Origin: a virus
Lineage: Duplodnaviria > Caudoviricetes
IMG/VR virus record: IMGVR_UViG_3300020044_004536
Coordinates: 1 to 27,151 of that record
Direction: 5' to 3' (one strand)
Length of the DNA: 27,151 nucleotides
The notes under the pieces were generated by a model. That model made no database searches, was not told the origin of the DNA, and saw only the letters and a list, made by a program, of their open reading frames with translations. Made by a program: the position numbers and the translations under genes. Below, in pieces: positions 23,140-27,151 of this stretch; position 1 is the first letter of the stretch, and each line of letters starts with the position of its first letter.

Positions 23140-23812
23140 CCCAAACGAATTTAACAGCGTATTCCTACAAACTATTGAGGCACTTTCTATACTCTCCGAT
23201 ACGGACCCCGAAGAGTTAGAAGACCTTGACCCCGAAGAACTACTTGACCTTGCAAGTAAAGTTCAATTTATTAAGCGTGAGCCATCCAATAAGCCAAAAG
23301 AATTGGTTAAAGGTTTTAGATTAAAACCGTTGGATGCGCTTACCTTAGGAGAGTTTATCGACCTCGAATACTATACTGCCAATTTAGCTGAGAATTTTAC
23401 TTTAATCCTATCCATACTTTACAAGCGTTGGAAAAATGACGAATGGGGCAATCTTGTTTTTGAGCCGTACACGTATTCACTAATAAGCCGTAAATCGGTG
23501 TTTAATGAGTTATCAATTAACGAAGTCTTTGGGGCGGTAAACAATTACGTTAACTACTCAAACGACTTTAAGAAACGTTATGAGAATCTATTTAACCCTG
23601 TTATCGAAGAAAGTGAACCCGAAGAACTAGACGAAGATGACCTAAAAGCCGAACAAGAAGAAAAGGTGTTCAATAAATGGTCATGGGAAAAATTACTTTA
23701 CGATATATCCAACCAAGACCTAACAAAAATTGACGCCGTTACTGACTTGCCTTTGGTATTCGTGTTTAACATGCTTTCAATGGTCGAAGAATTACAACTA
23801 AACAAAGATTAG
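23075..23812 (+). CDS. hypothetical protein, possible tail assembly chaperone
   Basis: 245 aa acidic; LPKNWSQVTVSQWQEL, LTLGEFIDLE, C-terminal KWSWEKLLYDIS...VTDLPL. Confidence 0.6.
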   Translation: MKLPKNWSQVTVSQWQELSLIDPNEFNSVFLQTIEALSILSDTDPEELEDLDPEELLDLASKVQFIKREPSNKPKELVKGFRLKPLDALTLGEFIDLEYYTANLAENFTLILSILYKRWKNDEWGNLVFEPYTYSLISRKSVFNELSINEVFGAVNNYVNYSNDFKKRYENLFNPVIEESEPEELDEDDLKAEQEEKVFNKWSWEKLLYDISNQDLTKIDAVTDLPLVFVFNMLSMVEELQLNKD

Positions 23813-24279
23813 CCGTAAACGTTCCACATCTTATCGTACTCAAATAATCCGTTCCATTTACCACCGTCAGCACCAAACAAGTTGTAAGTTATATTGACTT
23901 TAACGTTGTCAACGGTCATACCTACCGATTCAGTATTTAAGAACGGGTATGTTTTAATCATCCAGGTTATATACTCGTCTATTGCTTCACGTATAAATCG
24001 TTGACCGTTTGCCGACTTTAATGCGTTTTGTGTTACGTAGTGAGGCCTAATGAATCCACCGTTCGTTAATTCCGCTCCTTTATCAATAAACATGTAATAA
24101 TAAATGGCACTAATTTCTACATACAAGTTGTTAACGTCACCCGTTCCAGCTGAAATACGGATGGAGTCCTTCATGGTGTACGTATCAACTAATTCTTGAC
24201 GTTGAATTTCTTGTTGTATTGCACGCTGTAAGTGTACGCGTGTTTTGTATTTAATGTTGTAACTTCCAGGTAATGCCAT
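23809..24279 (-). CDS. HK97 gp10-like neck/tail completion protein
   Basis: LVDTYTMKDSI...YYMFIDKG...IRPHY pattern. Confidence 0.5.
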   Translation of the reverse strand: MALPGSYNIKYKTRVHLQRAIQQEIQRQELVDTYTMKDSIRISAGTGDVNNLYVEISAIYYYMFIDKGAELTNGGFIRPHYVTQNALKSANGQRFIREAIDEYITWMIKTYPFLNTESVGMTVDNVKVNITYNLFGADGGKWNGLFEYDKMWNVYG

Positions 24280-24281
24280 AA

Positions 24282-24313
24282 CCTTTAAAGTATTTCGTGT
24301 TTATGTTGGTTAA
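24282..24313 (-). promoter_or_regulatory. putative phage late promoter TTAACCAA-N13-TACTTTAAAGG
   Basis: Third copy, overlapping the upstream stop codon and ending 2 nt before the ATG at 24279. Confidence 0.65.
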
Positions 24314-26970
24314 ATCAAATACCACTTATTCAATGCGCCACATATTAAAGTCCTACTTGCGTTTGGTGCAATAGTAATAGTCGAAGCCGAGCCGTCAATA
24401 GTTGACCCGTTGACATCTAAGAAAGTATTGTAGTCTGTTGACTTAATGACCAACACTTGACCTATTACCGAAGTCGAAGGTAAGTAAACCGTAATAGCCG
24501 CAGGAGGCGTAGCAATTAAACAATAATCGTCAGTTGTTATATAATAATCCGAGTCAATGTTCAACACCTTAAACACAGCCGAACCCGACAAGTTTAACGC
24601 TCGAATGTTCGCCACGTCCGCAGCTATTCGTTCGGTGCTTATTCCTGTTTGGTCCAGGACTTTATTGTTACCTACAATGATACCATTAACGCCAGGTTGT
24701 ATTACGTTGCCTTGTCCGTAAATTGCACTTACCGAAGTCGAAGGTATTACGTTGCTGACAAATGAATTGTTAAAGTGAATACTGCCCGTGTGACTTGCTA
24801 GGTCTCCAACTGTTGTCGGAGTGACTGAACCTTTTTTGAATGGTGCTAAATCAATCTCCGTGTCTGCACTCATTAACTCAACTTTCGTGAGGTTGTTAGC
24901 GTTACAATCGTAGTCGATAACCTTGTTAATGGTCCACCATGAGTTATCAATACGTATCTTAGAGTTTAGTTTTAAACTTTGGATATCGTCTTCACGTAGG
25001 TTAAAGTAAGCCGTCAACATCTTACCGACGTTGATTTGATTAACAGTCCGTCGCCAGTATAGATTGTATAGATTGTTATTAGTTATCGAGTAACCGTCAT
25101 AAAACATGTAGTCAGGTTGCGCGAATAAAATATCAAAAGTCGGGTTTGTCGGGTTGTCCCAATGATGCAATATAGGATAGGTCGTTACGTTCGTTTCGCC
25201 TGTTGTCCCATAGTTATATAAGTTGTACCCGTCACACGTTCCCACACCACCGTCATGAAGAATTCGTATGTTTACTTTTGGCGCACCTGACAAGGCAGGA
25301 ACATAAGCGTCAAAGATTGTCTTTACAATTGGTGTCGGACTGAAAAGAATTTCTTTTACATCTATACCCTTTACATATTGGTTTTCGAAGATATATTCTA
25401 ATTGACCGTAAATTTCTTTCGTAGCTTCAAAGTACGTTTTGTTTGGGTCATCTCCATCTTGCTTGTATGTTAAGATGAGTTTCTTCGCGCTCAACTCAGG
25501 TAAGAATTGAAGTGCTTGGTCTTTGTCTTTTGCTAACTTATACGTCCAATCTATTTCTGCGCCTGAATCATAATAATCGTCACGGTGCATTAAAATAAGG
25601 TTGTTCGGTATTTCGTTGTCCTGCTCCACGTAAAGATTATACATCGTGAAAATTGACTTAATAAAGTCAGCTTGTTTTACCTTGTTAGGCACTGCGTTGT
25701 TCATGTCAATGACCGCACCGTATCCTAAAATGTTTGACGAAGGTAAGACGCGCATAGAAATAGACGTGAAATCTATTTCAGTTGTTATTGGTGTAGGCGC
25801 ACCTCCCGAAATAAATTGATTCCAAGAACCGTAATTGGCAGAAAATGATAAACCACCAAGTAAATCAATAGTATCTGTTGTGATTAAGTTACCCAATAAA
25901 ACTGTAATTGTACCCGAAATAGTACCCATATTATTTACACCAGGAACCAATGTTGAGAATGAAGACAAACTAACATTCGATGAACTGAATGAAATTGAAT
26001 AAAAAATACCATTTTTGTTTATTATAAAAAATGGAATAACTAAACCAAACCCATTTGAAGGAATGTAGTGTAAATTAAAAGCCTGTGAATTGGTAAAATA
26101 AATATCTGCGCTAAATGTAATTTCAATGGATATATTTTCACTACCCTGCAAGTTTATCGGTACGTCATAAGCCCCCGTAGTCGGATTGAATAAAGAAAAG
26201 TTATCTTGTGTTTCAGTCCAATTTATTAGATTATCATAGTATGTTATCTCACCACCAGTTACGTTTAATGTGGTATCGGCTTTAACTAAATAGTCATTGT
26301 AGTCAACAAGCGAACCTTCACCGTTAAAAGGTATTATCAACTTGTCGAAGTGTGCAGACGTCTGCGTATTCCAAGTGTAACTGAAACCTGCGTTACTAAA
26401 GATACGATCAAAGTACGTCTTTGCATAGATGGCAGGTTTTAAGTCCTGGAGTAGGTAGTTATTAGAATCTTTAAACGGCAATAGGTATTTGTAACCGTCC
26501 GCTTGGGTATTGCTATACGAATCAATTACATTTTCTGCCCTGTATTCATGGTTAAGATCCGTAAAGTCTAAGTCGGTCAATTCTTTGTTGCCTAACTTGG
26601 TATAGAAATCACTCGACTCATCTTTAATTAACACCTCATATTCAACTTCGTTTTCGTAGTCCGCCGTTACTTGCGTTTTGTTTACGGCGATTAATTGAAG
26701 GTAGCCACTTTCTAAAACAGGTATGCCGTTTTGAATTACTGAACATCTAGTGAGCGTGTTTATGTTGAACGTGCCAGCTTGGATATTGACATCGTAATAG
26801 TGGTTTAATAAGTTGTGGTTGTTGTCCGTCCCCGTCAGCGTGATCGTCTTACTAAACGCTCCCGACTTTTTACTCACGTCACGAATATCTGCCACCCCAA
26901 AGTTTAAAGGAAATGCCGTTCCTTCCTTTACGTCAAGGTAGCCCGTCTCAAGTTGTATTTTTACATTCAT
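24310..26970 (-). CDS. large tail/baseplate hub protein with C-terminal fibre-tip-like domain
   Basis: 886 aa; N-terminal DIRDVSKKSGAFSKTITL motif; C-terminal ITVYLP...GQVLVIK...TIDGS. Confidence 0.65.
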   Translation of the reverse strand: MNVKIQLETGYLDVKEGTAFPLNFGVADIRDVSKKSGAFSKTITLTGTDNNHNLLNHYYDVNIQAGTFNINTLTRCSVIQNGIPVLESGYLQLIAVNKTQVTADYENEVEYEVLIKDESSDFYTKLGNKELTDLDFTDLNHEYRAENVIDSYSNTQADGYKYLLPFKDSNNYLLQDLKPAIYAKTYFDRIFSNAGFSYTWNTQTSAHFDKLIIPFNGEGSLVDYNDYLVKADTTLNVTGGEITYYDNLINWTETQDNFSLFNPTTGAYDVPINLQGSENISIEITFSADIYFTNSQAFNLHYIPSNGFGLVIPFFIINKNGIFYSISFSSSNVSLSSFSTLVPGVNNMGTISGTITVLLGNLITTDTIDLLGGLSFSANYGSWNQFISGGAPTPITTEIDFTSISMRVLPSSNILGYGAVIDMNNAVPNKVKQADFIKSIFTMYNLYVEQDNEIPNNLILMHRDDYYDSGAEIDWTYKLAKDKDQALQFLPELSAKKLILTYKQDGDDPNKTYFEATKEIYGQLEYIFENQYVKGIDVKEILFSPTPIVKTIFDAYVPALSGAPKVNIRILHDGGVGTCDGYNLYNYGTTGETNVTTYPILHHWDNPTNPTFDILFAQPDYMFYDGYSITNNNLYNLYWRRTVNQINVGKMLTAYFNLREDDIQSLKLNSKIRIDNSWWTINKVIDYDCNANNLTKVELMSADTEIDLAPFKKGSVTPTTVGDLASHTGSIHFNNSFVSNVIPSTSVSAIYGQGNVIQPGVNGIIVGNNKVLDQTGISTERIAADVANIRALNLSGSAVFKVLNIDSDYYITTDDYCLIATPPAAITVYLPSTSVIGQVLVIKSTDYNTFLDVNGSTIDGSASTITIAPNASRTLICGALNKWYLI

Positions 26971-27043
26971 ATATTTACCTTGTCTTGGTTGGCTAACTTA
27001 ATTGTAACCGTCTTTTTAAATAGGTTCTTATTGCGTTTCTTTT
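26967..27043 (-). CDS. C-terminal fragment of an upstream tail gene
   Basis: ...KKRNKNLFKKTVTIKLANQDKVNI*; TGA overlaps the ATG of the 886-aa gene. Confidence 0.6.
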
Positions 27044-27151
27044 GGAACGGAGTTGAATACCTAGCGTGCCAAGTCATTGACTCAACGTTTGAGGTGGAAA
27101 AGAAACGCAATAAGAACCTATTTAAAAAGACGGTTACAATTAAGTTAGCCA
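26990..27151. repeat. perfect 54-bp inverted repeat (26990-27043 / 27098-27151) at contig end, probable chimera artefact
   Basis: Exact reverse complement arms around a 54-nt spacer. Confidence 0.85.

Noticed and set aside
22266-23812. Invertible (phase-variable) segment
   Set aside because: No flanking inverted repeats or site-specific recombinase found; the right end overlaps a convergent stop codon
26990-27151. Hairpin telomere or terminal inverted repeat
   Set aside because: It falls mid-gene, the spacer continues the same ORF in inverted orientation, and no protelomerase is present; a chimera is the simpler explanation
1-27151. Stop-codon reassignment, CRISPR array, tRNA or integrase
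   Set aside because: The standard code gives dense coverage with TAA, TGA and TAG all used as stops; no repeat-spacer array, cloverleaf or recombinase motif recognised

Overview
This window is a partial genome of a tailed dsDNA phage, probably infecting Bacteroidota (Flavobacteriia-like). The host inference rests on TAnnTTTG promoters and A-rich start contexts without Shine-Dalgarno sequences. Almost all genes are on the minus strand, so the genome reads right to left. The order is: tail proteins, a short plus-strand island, then prohead protease/scaffold, major capsid, tail tube, portal, adaptor, tape measure and a terminator-like/DUF1566 fibre fusion. Next come the lysis cassette (holin, u-spanin-like protein, GH108 endolysin) and a metallophosphoesterase. 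The early region follows, with small ORFs, a replication initiator with internal iterons, an SF4 helicase, a C5 methyltransferase, NinG, ERF, a YqaJ exonuclease, an SSB-like protein, a second methyltransferase, a sigma-like factor and a truncated HAD protein. I saw no terminase, integrase, tRNA or CRISPR array. The most notable non-coding signals are: (1) a TTAACCAA-N13-TACTT motif directly before three structural genes, a candidate promoter for the phage sigma-like protein; (2) a two-hairpin leader with complementary loops upstream of the replication operon; (3) a candidate ~60-nt sRNA complementary to the erf start codon; (4) four phased 11-bp iterons inside the initiator gene. The terminal 54-bp inverted repeat looks like a chimera artefact. 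All protein calls come from motif recognition by eye, not from database searches.
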